A stretch of DNA of 64,000 bases, from NCBI GenBank assembly GCA_964230645.1, contig CAXRHT010000002.1:736001-800000 (forward strand). The letters are read 5' to 3'. The notes below the pieces were generated by a model. That model searched no databases and had not been told where the DNA came from. It was given only the letters and a program-made list of their open reading frames with translations. A program made the translations under genes and the position numbers. Source of the stretch: Bdellovibrionales bacterium (GTDB taxonomy: Bacteria > Bdellovibrionota > Bdellovibrionia > Bdellovibrionales > JAGQZY01). This document shows, in pieces, positions 51,395 to 60,943 of the stretch; positions within the stretch are counted from its first letter, which is position 1; every line of letters starts with the position of its first letter.

Positions 51395-51923
51395 AACATT
51401 CCTTCAAAACGTCTTCGACAGAGTCAACAGACACAAATGATTTCATAGTTTCAGGATAAAATAAATTGGTCTTCTCGAATTTTTTAAGCATTTCAAAAAA
51501 AGGATCCCAAAAGCCATTCCAATTAAAAAAGACAACTGGCTTATTGATATCCTTATAGACCGTTTTCCATGTGATCACCTCTAGGGCCTCATCGATCGTT
51601 CCAATCCCCCCAGGGAAGATAACAAAAGCCTCTGAGAGTTCCATCATTAGGCGCTTTCGATCAAGCATATCTCTGGTGTAATGAAGCTCGGTAAGCCCTT
51701 TGTGAGCCGCCTCTTGCGGAAAGGTTTTCTCGGGCATTACTCCAAAAGCTTTACCGCCAAGACTCAAAACTTCATCGGCAAAAAAGCCCATCAAACCATC
51801 TGCCCCTCCCCCGTAGACAAAGCTGTCTCCTTTTTCCACCAACATTTTAGAGAAAAGCTTAGCCTGATCAAAAACACTGGGCTCAAGGTCTGATTTCGAA
51901 CTACAAAAAACGCAGATATTCAT
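51381..51923 (-). CDS. LOG family phosphoribohydrolase
   Basis: [27 protein letters not shown]. Confidence 0.92.
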   Translation of the reverse strand: MNICVFCSSKSDLEPSVFDQAKLFSKMLVEKGDSFVYGGGADGLMGFFADEVLSLGGKAFGVMPEKTFPQEAAHKGLTELHYTRDMLDRKRLMMELSEAFVIFPGGIGTIDEALEVITWKTVYKDINKPVVFFNWNGFWDPFFEMLKKFEKTNLFYPETMKSFVSVDSVEDVLKECYAKR

Positions 51924-53311
51924 TTTTTCAAAGGTCCCGTCATAGATTCTGGTACAACATACTCGTCAAATTGTTTTTCCGTGAGAAAGCCAAGTTCCAC
52001 TGCTGCACTCTTAAGGGTGCTGTTGTTTTCAAAAGCGTGCTTTGCGATTTTCGCCGCATTGTCGTACCCCACATGAGGATTAAGAGCTGTCACAAGCATC
52101 AATGAATTATTGAGGTGGTCTTTTATCTTTTCTTTGTTGGCTTCAATCCCCACAACACAGTTATCAGTAAAACTTACAGACGCATTGGCAAGAAGGCGGA
52201 TAGAATTGAGAACGTTGAACACCATCATGGGTTTAAAAACATTCAACTCAAAATGTCCCGTGCACCCACCCACACTCACAGCCGTATCATTTCCAATCAC
52301 CTGAGCACAAACCATTGTTAGGGCCTCACTCTGGGTAGGATTCACTTTGCCTGGCATAATCGAGCTTCCAGGTTCGTTGGCAGGAAGAGCGAGCTCTCCA
52401 ATTCCGCATCGAGGTCCACTTCCTAGCATACGAATATCATTGCCGATTTTCATTAAACTTACTGCCACTGTTTTTAAAGCACCACTCATCTCCACAAGAG
52501 CATCATGAGCTGCAAGCGCTTCAAATTTATTGGGAGCCGTCTTAAAGGGAAGCCCTGTTTCCTTAGCGATATTAGCTGCGGCTTTCACAGCAAACTCAGG
52601 ATGAGTGTTCAGTCCCGTGCCGACGGCTGTTCCACCGAGGGCTAGAGCATAAACATTTTGCAAAGCCCCTTCCACTCTTTGAATACCAAGACTCACTTGA
52701 TGAATATATCCAGAAAACTCCTGTCCGAGTGTGAGAGGTGTGGCATCCATAAAATGAGTGCGTCCAATTTTTACGATATCTTCAAACTCATTTTGCTTTT
52801 CACTTAAAGCTTTTTCTAATTTTTTTAAAGAGGGCACTAAACTATTCACTATCTGTTCAGCCACTGCGATATGCATAGCCGTTGGAAAGGTGTCATTAGA
52901 GGACTGACCACGATTCACATCATCATTGGGGTGGATGTATTTTTCGGTAAGATCTCCAGATTTTAATTCATTGGCGTAGTTGGCAATAACCTCGTTGGAA
53001 TTCATATTCGTTTGGGTTCCACTTCCCGTTTGCCAAACCACTAAAGGAAAATGCTCGTCTAACTCTCCAGAGATCACTTGATCGGCGGCTTTTTGAATCA
53101 ACTCTGATTTGTCTTTTTCAAGGTTATCTAATTCTGCATTTGTCATAGCCGCACATTTTTTTAGAATCCCGAGGGCTCGGATCATTTCTCTTGGAAAGGT
53201 GTCGTTGCCGATTTTAAAGTTTTGCAGAGAACGCTGGGTTTGGGCGCCCCAATATTTTTCGGCAGGGACTTGGATCTCTCCCATTGAATCTTTTTCCACA
53301 CGATGGCTCAT
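51920..53311 (-). CDS. fumC: Fumarate hydratase class II
   Basis: [33 protein letters not shown]; start moved to MSHRVE. Confidence 0.97.
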   Translation of the reverse strand: MSHRVEKDSMGEIQVPAEKYWGAQTQRSLQNFKIGNDTFPREMIRALGILKKCAAMTNAELDNLEKDKSELIQKAADQVISGELDEHFPLVVWQTGSGTQTNMNSNEVIANYANELKSGDLTEKYIHPNDDVNRGQSSNDTFPTAMHIAVAEQIVNSLVPSLKKLEKALSEKQNEFEDIVKIGRTHFMDATPLTLGQEFSGYIHQVSLGIQRVEGALQNVYALALGGTAVGTGLNTHPEFAVKAAANIAKETGLPFKTAPNKFEALAAHDALVEMSGALKTVAVSLMKIGNDIRMLGSGPRCGIGELALPANEPGSSIMPGKVNPTQSEALTMVCAQVIGNDTAVSVGGCTGHFELNVFKPMMVFNVLNSIRLLANASVSFTDNCVVGIEANKEKIKDHLNNSLMLVTALNPHVGYDNAAKIAKHAFENNSTLKSAAVELGFLTEKQFDEYVVPESMTGPLKK

Positions 53312-53338
53312 GGCTTTTCTCCTTGGTTGGGGGCTTGT

Positions 53339-53512
53339 CCTCCGGATGGGCGTGCTGGGGAATTTTTGAGCGCTGGGTGAACAAGCACGCATGTGGCCGC
53401 AAGTCGTCTTCGGATTGCATCATCTGCGATGCTGCAACCCGGATACGCCTTGCACACCGCTTGAGCTTGCCCACCCAGCGCTCAAAAATTCCCCAGCACG
53501 CCCATCCGGAGG
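53339..53512. repeat. Long palindromic element B
   Basis: Perfect 41-bp inverted arms 53339-53379 / 53472-53512 around an inner hairpin 53405-53448. Confidence 0.9.
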
Positions 53513-53601
53513 CCAAGGTAATCAGTGTTTCGGATAAGGTTGTAATATAAAGGGGGAGGAAAAGGTATCTTAGCCGGTGTGAGATGCGAGGCTTCAAAAA
53601 T

Positions 53602-53626
53602 AAAAAAGCCCTCTTGTGAGGGCTTT
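53602..53626 (-). terminator. Terminator after OMP gene
   Basis: AAAGCCCTC/GAGGGCTTT. Confidence 0.75.
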
Positions 53627-53656
53627 CCTTAATTCCTTTGTTTCTTTAGTTTGTTC

Positions 53657-54196
53657 TTAGAACATGAACCAAAGAGAAACGTAAGGGGCTATGCTGGTGT
53701 TTTTGAGGTCGGTATCTTGTGAGAGACCATTAGTTTCTACTTTATCATACTCGATACTTCTCCAAGTCAGCTGAGGACCAATTGCGAAGAATGAGGAAAG
53801 TGGGAATACCCAACCCACATCCACTTGAGGGCCTTGAGCGCCAGTGAACTTTGGATCGTCTCCTAATTCTCCTGTGATATGGTAGGTGAAAAGTGTGTAA
53901 AATCCGCGCATTGAGTAGTAACCGATCGTGGGTCCCATCATGTTTCCACCGCCATCAGTACAAGTGGCACCGTTACAGTTTTCTTGGCTCATATAAGAGT
54001 AGGTTCCCCCTAGGTAAAGTCCCATAGGCAACACATAACCAAATCGGGCATCAAGGCGAGTTTCTGTACTCTCAGACTCAGAATTGTTTATTTCAGATTT
54101 ATCAGAGTAATAACCAATTCCTGGACTCACAACAAACTGAGCCAGCGCTGGAGTGGCTATAAAAGCAGATATAAGGACTATCACTATCTTTTTCAT
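53657..54196 (-). CDS. Outer-membrane beta-barrel protein
   Basis: Signal peptide ending ALA, amphipathic strands, C-terminal F. Confidence 0.78.
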   Translation of the reverse strand: MKKIVIVLISAFIATPALAQFVVSPGIGYYSDKSEINNSESESTETRLDARFGYVLPMGLYLGGTYSYMSQENCNGATCTDGGGNMMGPTIGYYSMRGFYTLFTYHITGELGDDPKFTGAQGPQVDVGWVFPLSSFFAIGPQLTWRSIEYDKVETNGLSQDTDLKNTSIAPYVSLWFMF

Positions 54197-54326
54197 ACGA
54201 GCTCCTTTTAAAAGACACCTTATTCTTTTACTGGACTACACACATGTCAATCATAGGCTTGAAAGGGCCATCGAGTAGCGTTATACACAGTGAGTTACAA
54301 CCCAATGGCCCAAAAAGGACACTTAA

Positions 54327-54788
54327 ATGCCCCAATACTGGTTGATGAAATCTGAACCCGACGTCTATTCCTTTGATCAATTGAAAAAAGACAAAACCAC
54401 CTCCTGGGATGGAGTGCGAAACTATCAGGCTCGCAATTTTATGCGTGATGAGATGAAAAAGGGTGACCAAGTCCTCTTTTACCACTCCAATACTAAGCCT
54501 CCAGGTATCGCCGGAGTGGCGGAGGTTTCTAAAGAGAGCTTCCCCGACGCTAGCCAGTATAAAGAGGATGGAGAGTACTTTGATCCTAAAGCGACTAAAG
54601 AAAAACCACGCTGGTTTTGTGTGCAGGTAAAATACAAAAAAACTTTCAAAGATTATGTTTCACTCGATGATTTAAAAAACAGAAAAAGTCTCTCTGATAT
54701 GCTTGTGGTACAAAAGGGCCAAAGGCTTTCCGTACAGCCTGTTTCCAAAAAACACTTCGATACCGTTTGTAAAATGGGTGGGCTGTGA
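54327..54788 (+). CDS. EVE domain protein
   Basis: YWLMKSEP, WDGVRNYQARN, FYHS, RLSVQPV. Confidence 0.95.
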   Translation: MPQYWLMKSEPDVYSFDQLKKDKTTSWDGVRNYQARNFMRDEMKKGDQVLFYHSNTKPPGIAGVAEVSKESFPDASQYKEDGEYFDPKATKEKPRWFCVQVKYKKTFKDYVSLDDLKNRKSLSDMLVVQKGQRLSVQPVSKKHFDTVCKMGGL

Positions 54789-55756
54789 AAGTTTTGCTCG
54801 CTCCTATGGAAGGAGTGGTGGACCCGGTAATACGTGAGCTTTTTACCGCCATCGGAGGAATTGACTATTGTGTTACAGAATTTGTGCGCGTCACTTCCAC
54901 CCTCTTACCTCCCAAGGTTTTTTACAAATACTGTCCTGAGCTTCACACTCAGTCCCGCACTAAAGCCGGCACTCCTGTTTTTGTACAACTCCTTGGAAGT
55001 GATCTTGTAACTATGGGTGAGAACGCTCAAAGAGCTTGTGAACTGGGAGCCTACGGGATTGATATCAATTTCGGTTGCCCAGCAAAAACGGTTAACCGCC
55101 ATGATGGGGGCGCGGCTTTATTAAAAGACCCGAACCGAGTATTCCAGGTCACTCAATCCGTTCGCAGAGCTGTCCCCAAAGAAATCCCAGTGACCACAAA
55201 AGTGCGCCTCGGTTTTGAGGATAAAGGTTTCACCCGGGAAATTGCTCAAGCGGCCGAGGCTGGTGGCTCCCATTGGCTCACCGTGCACGCACGCACAAAA
55301 AAAGAGGGCTACCGTCCACCTGCGCATTGGGAATATATCCGCGGCATGAAGGAGAGTGTAAAACTTCCCGTCATCGCCAATGGTGACATTTGGACTAAAG
55401 AAGACCATGCCCGCTGTGTGGAAATTTCTGGCTGCTCGGACACTATGCTTGGCCGAGGTCTTATTGCCACTCCTGATCTCGCTTTTCAAATTAAGACGGG
55501 GCAAATCGGAAGGGATTATTTCCAGTGGTCTGAACTTTTAAAAAACTTCATGGACTCAAGTCAGAAATATCGTAACTCTATTTATGCTGTGCAAAGAATG
55601 AAGCAACTTACCAAACTCATGGCTCGGACCTACCCAGCTTCAAAAGATCTTTTTGAAAACATCAAACGTTTGAGAGACTTTGATCTTATCAAAAATCAAG
55701 TCGACTCTTTTTTTCTAAACAAAGAAATTCGTCCTTTAGAAAAGATGACTTCGTAG
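54785..55756 (+). CDS. dusC: tRNA-dihydrouridine synthase (DusC-like)
   Basis: LAPMEG, INFGCP, HART, ANGDI, MLGRG. Confidence 0.88.
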   Translation: MKVLLAPMEGVVDPVIRELFTAIGGIDYCVTEFVRVTSTLLPPKVFYKYCPELHTQSRTKAGTPVFVQLLGSDLVTMGENAQRACELGAYGIDINFGCPAKTVNRHDGGAALLKDPNRVFQVTQSVRRAVPKEIPVTTKVRLGFEDKGFTREIAQAAEAGGSHWLTVHARTKKEGYRPPAHWEYIRGMKESVKLPVIANGDIWTKEDHARCVEISGCSDTMLGRGLIATPDLAFQIKTGQIGRDYFQWSELLKNFMDSSQKYRNSIYAVQRMKQLTKLMARTYPASKDLFENIKRLRDFDLIKNQVDSFFLNKEIRPLEKMTS

Positions 55757-56388
55757 TTCCACTGCTCCGCGATCCAGTCTACCGTCTGGTCATTGAGAAA
55801 ACAGACATGGGTGTTGTCAGTGCGATAACCCCATTTTTCAAACTCAGGGAGTTCTTTTCTTTTTTCCGTCATAATCAGTAAAAGTCCACCTGGCTTGACC
55901 AATTGATAAAGCCCCTGCATTTCTCGGCCAGGATTGTAAAAATGCTCGAAAGCCTCAGTACAGGTCACAAAGTCATAACATTTTATAAGAGCTCGGCGGT
56001 CTGGATAGAAATAAGGGTCATAATTTGTGACTGATACTTTAAGGGGGGAGAGCAACTGATCCAGAATGGGCCCTGGGCCACAGCCAAAGTCCAAGCCTTC
56101 CTCCCCGGGCATAATATAAGGACGAAGACTTTCCACCACCGGAGTCAAAAATTTCACATACCCCTTATTTTCAATAGAGTTATTGTGGGTTTCGTAGCGT
56201 TTTTTCTCTGCCTCAGGAGGAAGCAGACTGTCTGGGCTTCGAAAAACAAGCCCACACTGCCCGCATTCTCCATAGGACCATTGACGCCTGGAATCTTCAA
56301 AAAAGGGCTCCGTCTGAGAGCTATAGCAAAGAGTGCATTCCACTAAAAAAGGCTCTACCTGATTCGGTCCGACTTGTCGACACCCCAT
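55696..56388 (-). CDS. Class I SAM methyltransferase with N-terminal Zn-ribbon
   Basis: CTLC..CGQC, LDFGCGPG, TEAFEH; start uncertain. Confidence 0.88.
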   Translation of the reverse strand: MGCRQVGPNQVEPFLVECTLCYSSQTEPFFEDSRRQWSYGECGQCGLVFRSPDSLLPPEAEKKRYETHNNSIENKGYVKFLTPVVESLRPYIMPGEEGLDFGCGPGPILDQLLSPLKVSVTNYDPYFYPDRRALIKCYDFVTCTEAFEHFYNPGREMQGLYQLVKPGGLLLIMTEKRKELPEFEKWGYRTDNTHVCFLNDQTVDWIAEQWNYEVIFSKGRISLFRKKEST

Positions 56389-56398
56389 CCTTGCCGTA

Positions 56399-56477
56399 AA
56401 AAGGTACCTGCTTCCCCTTGGTAGCGATTATGCGTCATATTTTGACGCGCAAACAGTACCAAGGGGAAGCAGGTACC
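56399..56477. repeat. REP-like palindromic element C
   Basis: Perfect 21-bp arms GGTACCTGCTTCCCCTTGGTA at 56403-56423 / 56457-56477; inner GCGTCA-TATTT-TGACGC. Confidence 0.85.
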
Positions 56478-56491
56478 CGGACGGAGGATTT

Positions 56492-56743
56492 ATGGCGAAA
56501 GTAGTGGTTTATAGTAAGACGGTATGCCCTTATTGTGTGCGAGCTAAAAAATTACTGGAAGGAAAAGGAGTCGATTTTGAAGAAATCATGGTGGACTCCG
56601 ACCCAGACCTCTTCAACGAACTCAAGCAAAAGTCGGGCATGCTGACTGTCCCCCAAATTTTTATCGATGATCAACTGATTGGTGGATACACCGAACTTGC
56701 CGAACTTGAATCAAAAGGAGAATTGGACAGCAAGCTAAACTGA
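56492..56743 (+). CDS. grxC: Glutaredoxin 3
   Basis: CPYC, TVPQIFI, GG. Confidence 0.95.
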   Translation: MAKVVVYSKTVCPYCVRAKKLLEGKGVDFEEIMVDSDPDLFNELKQKSGMLTVPQIFIDDQLIGGYTELAELESKGELDSKLN

Positions 56744-57075
56744 ATAAGTTTAGCTTTTGGTTGGCATAAATATAGAATATTTATAAAGACTCCCTCTTTA
56801 AAACGAAAATAGAGCTTTTCAGCTCCAAATATTTCAGACCTACGAAAAGATTCTTTCTTCTTTTTCCTCAGCAAAAAACCAAAATTTAAAAAAATAAAAT
56901 GTCACACCGTAGTATTTTTGCGTTTTAACACAAACGTTCGCACTAAAAGGTCCTGTTTTCCGTCCAGATTATCAAACTAGAACCCGAACCCGTTCTGTTT
57001 TTTGAAAGGAGGACGCTATTTCTACAAAAAAACCGTAATTTAATAAGTGAACTCGTCAAAACAAGGAGTGCAAAG

Positions 57076-57354
57076 ATGCAAGCGCTACAAAATGATGATT
57101 TAAGTGGGATCCTCGAAATGAATCCCCAAATTTTAGAAGAACTTAAAAGAAGTCCCGAAATGGATGTGAAAGTAGTGAACTTTTCAAGCCGCGAGCATGT
57201 ATTGAGAGTGATGGCTAATACGGAAGCGGATTTTGTGCTCGTGCTTAACGATAATAAGCCTTTAACAACAGTGGCCGAGATCATGGAAGAAATTGGTGAG
57301 GGAGATAAGAATATTCCTGTACTGTTTTTTAACTTTAAAGACTTTTATCAATAA
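57076..57354 (+). CDS. Small hypothetical protein (receiver-like alpha/beta pattern)
   Basis: AAGGAG RBS; ADFVLV...NIPVLFF. Confidence 0.55.
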   Translation: MQALQNDDLSGILEMNPQILEELKRSPEMDVKVVNFSSREHVLRVMANTEADFVLVLNDNKPLTTVAEIMEEIGEGDKNIPVLFFNFKDFYQ

Positions 57355-57500
57355 TATTAATTATTTATGGGTGTGTGTTGAAGTTGTCGTTTGAAATTTG
57401 CCCCTCTATGTTGGAGCTGAAGTTGTTGCTGTTTGAATGAGAGTGGAAGTTGGAGTTAGGTGGGCAATAATTGTTATTGCGGATAAGTGTTCAGATACCC

Positions 57501-57536
57501 AGGGCAGTGGAACTATCCCTCCACTGCCCTTTTTTT
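57501..57536 (+). terminator. Strong intrinsic terminator
   Basis: AGGGCAGTGGA/TCCACTGCCCT followed by T-run. Confidence 0.85.
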
Positions 57537-57575
57537 ATCAAAATGAGATGAATTAAACAAGACGTATTTGTTTCT

Positions 57576-58463
57576 TCAGAGATTTTCTTTGTAGTAGGAA
57601 GGCAGCCACATTTTTGGCTCCTTTTTGAAAGCCTCGATGGGCTCCATCTTTTTATCACTGATCAGAAATACCCTTTTTCTATTTTTTGTGTTGTACGACC
57701 TGAAATGGCTGTGGTGATACTTCCAAAAAATTTTGTAAAACTCTCCGGACTCCAGAAGCATCTTCATACCTTTTTCAAGCCGCTCGGCGAGCTCTTTTTT
57801 TGCAGGAGATACATGCAGAATTCGAGGCTCATCGAGAACGAAAAGAAACTTTTTCTCGATATGAATATTGTATTTAAAAAATTTGAGGGCCTCCAGCCCA
57901 ATTTCAGAGAGATTTCTCAAAAAGCAGCGAGGAGTTTGGTTGGAAACAAGACCAAAGAGATCCTCGTAGCGCTCAGCCGCCACTGTCTTTAGGCCTTGTT
58001 TCTGAAGAAGGCTTTCATCCGCACTCCCCTTTGGAACCACAAATTCCACTCCCACTCTCTTCATTTCATCCAAGCTTTCAAAGTTTTGAAAGGTGCTCTG
58101 GTGGGCTTTCGCTATCAAACAAATGCGAAGACCATAAAGGCCCCTGGCCACGGGAATATAGATAGGACGCAAACGCTTGATACTTTCCTCTGAGGGTATC
58201 AAAGAGACCACTTGTACGGAATCTCCCTCTTGCGCTTCAGCTATAATATTGGCTTCGTCGATATCAAGACTTGGAGCCACTTGGTAAGACTGAGCTTCAC
58301 TCGTTAACTCTAAGGAGCGCTCAATCAATGTCAGGGTGGAGGAGAAACTAGAGAGTTTTTGCCAAACTAAAATCTTTTCAGGCACACCTGTTTCAGGAGA
58401 GGTCATTGAAAAACTTGGCAAGCTAAACATCAATACTACTAATGAAAATATCATACTTCTCAT
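57576..58463 (-). CDS. Periplasmic binding protein type II-like
   Basis: Signal peptide; LRPIYIPVARGLYGLR, LAERLEKG...SGEF. Confidence 0.65.
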   Translation of the reverse strand: MRSMIFSLVVLMFSLPSFSMTSPETGVPEKILVWQKLSSFSSTLTLIERSLELTSEAQSYQVAPSLDIDEANIIAEAQEGDSVQVVSLIPSEESIKRLRPIYIPVARGLYGLRICLIAKAHQSTFQNFESLDEMKRVGVEFVVPKGSADESLLQKQGLKTVAAERYEDLFGLVSNQTPRCFLRNLSEIGLEALKFFKYNIHIEKKFLFVLDEPRILHVSPAKKELAERLEKGMKMLLESGEFYKIFWKYHHSHFRSYNTKNRKRVFLISDKKMEPIEAFKKEPKMWLPSYYKENL

Positions 58464-58507
58464 AAATCCTTTGATACTCCACTTCTGGAGGTGATACAAA
58501 AACCTTT

Positions 58508-59692
58508 ATGATTGACTCTATGAGACTTCTCTTATCTTTAGTCAGCCTTCTGGTGGGACTAAAGCTAGTGGCTCTATTCTTTTTAAGCTTTGGAAGAAAG
58601 GCTAAAAACCTTTCTCTTTTCCTGCTTGAAGCCCTACTTTTTTTAGAGGTCCTAGAGACCTACCTCATTATAAAAGGGGATATTGTCAACTACCCTGCCT
58701 TTTTCATGCTTCCTAACTTTTTACACTGCCTGATCGGAATTCTCCCCTATTGGTACATCAAAAAAATCTCCCGAGAAAAAAGCACCCAAAAAGATTGGCT
58801 TGTTTTCCTATGGCCAGTGGCTTTCTTTTTTGCCTACCTTCCCCTCTACCTTAGCGACACAATTGTGTTGCTTGATCGATTTTATCTCGGTTTTTTTAAT
58901 AGCTACAATATGACTCTAGAAGCTTTGAGTTTTTCCGTGGCGGTGTTTTTTACCTTTCGAGCGATTCAAATCTCTAATTCTTTGCTTGCAAAAGGCTACA
59001 ATCACTTTTCCAGTTACCAGTTTGAAAAGTTTAAGCTTTTCAATCTACTTCTTCTCACAATGATCATTTTTTATTTTGTCTGCTTCACCCTCCCCCTTCT
59101 GGCTATGGGATCATTTTACCCCATTGATTTTAGCTTTAGCATCAGCCTGGTCTTTTTCCTCTTAAGTGTCGTTCTTGTCGTAGTGGCCCTATCTCGTCTT
59201 CCCGATTTTATTGTTCCTTCCTCTGAGACGAAAGCAAAGAAGGACGAGGAAAAATCCTCCTCCCAAGAAAAAGAAAAAGATCCTGAAGAAAGCAATGGCT
59301 CCGGGAAGAAACAACAAGACGAAGAGGACGAGGAGCCGAAGTTTGAAGAGTATATCCCCAAGCTTCATAGCTATATCCGAACCCATAAGCCCTATCTTAA
59401 TCCCAATTTAAAAATCTCTGATCTGGCGAATGAGTCCAAAATTCCTCAGTATATAATTACCCATGTGATTAACACTCATATGAACAAAAACTTTTTTGAG
59501 TACGTCAATGATCTTCGAGTCGAAGAGTTTACCAAGAAATTAAAAGATCCTGAAAACAGCAGCAAGACCATTATGGAACTAGCCTTGGACTCAGGCTTCA
59601 ACTCAAAATCGAGTTTTAATAGCCACTTTAAAAAGAAGCTTGAAATGACTCCCAACCAATATCGTAAGCAATTAAAAGAGTCCTCACATTAA
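58508..59692 (+). CDS. Membrane-anchored AraC family regulator
   Basis: About 7 TMs, then PYLNPNL, NFFEYVNDLRV and GFNSKSSFNSHFKK. Confidence 0.92.
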   Translation: MIDSMRLLLSLVSLLVGLKLVALFFLSFGRKAKNLSLFLLEALLFLEVLETYLIIKGDIVNYPAFFMLPNFLHCLIGILPYWYIKKISREKSTQKDWLVFLWPVAFFFAYLPLYLSDTIVLLDRFYLGFFNSYNMTLEALSFSVAVFFTFRAIQISNSLLAKGYNHFSSYQFEKFKLFNLLLLTMIIFYFVCFTLPLLAMGSFYPIDFSFSISLVFFLLSVVLVVVALSRLPDFIVPSSETKAKKDEEKSSSQEKEKDPEESNGSGKKQQDEEDEEPKFEEYIPKLHSYIRTHKPYLNPNLKISDLANESKIPQYIITHVINTHMNKNFFEYVNDLRVEEFTKKLKDPENSSKTIMELALDSGFNSKSSFNSHFKKKLEMTPNQYRKQLKESSH

Positions 59693-60943
59693 GGACTGCA
59701 TCTCGGGAATTAACTCAATCAGCTTTTGCTCTCTTAACTGGTCAAACTGCTTATTGTAGGCGACAAATTCTTTTGTGAGCCGGACATCCTCCTGTCCTTC
59801 AATCATTGTCCAGTTACTCAGATGAACTCTGTGCTTGTCTTGATTGATCGAAGCAAAAGGCCCTTGAAAGTAAACCGACTGGTTTTGCTCGATAAAATCA
59901 AAAATCTCTTTTTTGGCTCTCATTCTTATATCTAAAGGCAAAGCTTTGACTCCAAGATAATCGGGGCGATCTAAGAAAATAAGGTGAGGATAAATCGGCA
60001 TTTGCTGTTCAAATTGCAATAGGTAGTCAAAAAGAGGCTTTAATCGCAAAATCGAGAGAGCTTGAAAACAGGTGTGAATTTCTACCCTCAAAGGGTGGGT
60101 TGTTTTAAGTGCAAGAAGTTTTCTCAAATGCTCATCGACCTTGGCCCACTTGGAAGGAAAACGAATATAGTCATTCAGTAACCCATGAGCCTCAACACTA
60201 CAGTGGACCTCTACCTGCTTAAAGTGCTTCCATAGTTCTATCAATTTTTCTGGAAGGACTGTCACATTGGAGTGATAACGTAGGATTATTTTGTGAGACA
60301 GACCAAGCTCGACTGCTTGTTCTAGGATGTAAACCTGTTGTTTGGATAAAAAAGGTTCCCCTCCTGTAAACAACATCTCCTCAAGGGAGGGCAGCATTTC
60401 ATTAACTAATGTTTTGAAACTCTCATCAAGTTTCCATTTCTCTTGGGAGAGTTTGTAACCTTGCTCACTGAATTCGAGACCCAGTTTTTTAAAATCATCG
60501 TAAAGTGAGTGACTAGCCACAGGGTTGCACATGCGACACTTCAGATTGCAGGTATTACTGAGAGAAAAATCGAGGTAGTGAATTTTCGCATCGACACTCC
60601 CATCTTTACCTGTGCCCTCGTAGATATCTGGAATCTTTGCTTCCCACAGCTCTCTATAGATTTGCCTCAAGGACTTTCCACCATTTCTTTCTGTATTAAA
60701 GCAACGCCGACAGGAGGAGGGCTCCTCTCCGTTTAACATCTGAAGTCTTACTTTTTTATAATAGTCTAAGTTAAGGCCCTGCTCGGGTGAGGAAATCTCA
60801 TCGATATAAATACTTTTACCCTCACTGGATTTGATCACACCCGCACCGGAGGTGTTACAGCAAATTCTAAGTGTGCCATCGGTATTAACACTAAAATGCA
60901 TCCACGGGAGAGGGCATTTTTTATCGCCATTTTTCACGGACAA
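59684..60943 (-). CDS. Twitch-domain radical SAM protein
   Basis: N-terminal CPLPW..CCN..CRRC; CNLKCRMC; GGEP. Confidence 0.9.
   Translation of the reverse strand: MSVKNGDKKCPLPWMHFSVNTDGTLRICCNTSGAGVIKSSEGKSIYIDEISSPEQGLNLDYYKKVRLQMLNGEEPSSCRRCFNTERNGGKSLRQIYRELWEAKIPDIYEGTGKDGSVDAKIHYLDFSLSNTCNLKCRMCNPVASHSLYDDFKKLGLEFSEQGYKLSQEKWKLDESFKTLVNEMLPSLEEMLFTGGEPFLSKQQVYILEQAVELGLSHKIILRYHSNVTVLPEKLIELWKHFKQVEVHCSVEAHGLLNDYIRFPSKWAKVDEHLRKLLALKTTHPLRVEIHTCFQALSILRLKPLFDYLLQFEQQMPIYPHLIFLDRPDYLGVKALPLDIRMRAKKEIFDFIEQNQSVYFQGPFASINQDKHRVHLSNWTMIEGQEDVRLTKEFVAYNKQFDQLREQKLIELIPEMQSLM

Noticed and set aside
53109..53597. ORFs spanning palindrome B and the extended fumC N-terminus
   Set aside because: Artefacts of a GC-rich stop-poor palindrome; fumC has a good RBS before 53311
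55696..55756. 61-bp convergent overlap of dus and methyltransferase as a frameshift or pseudogene
   Set aside because: Both proteins look complete, and short tail-to-tail overlaps are common
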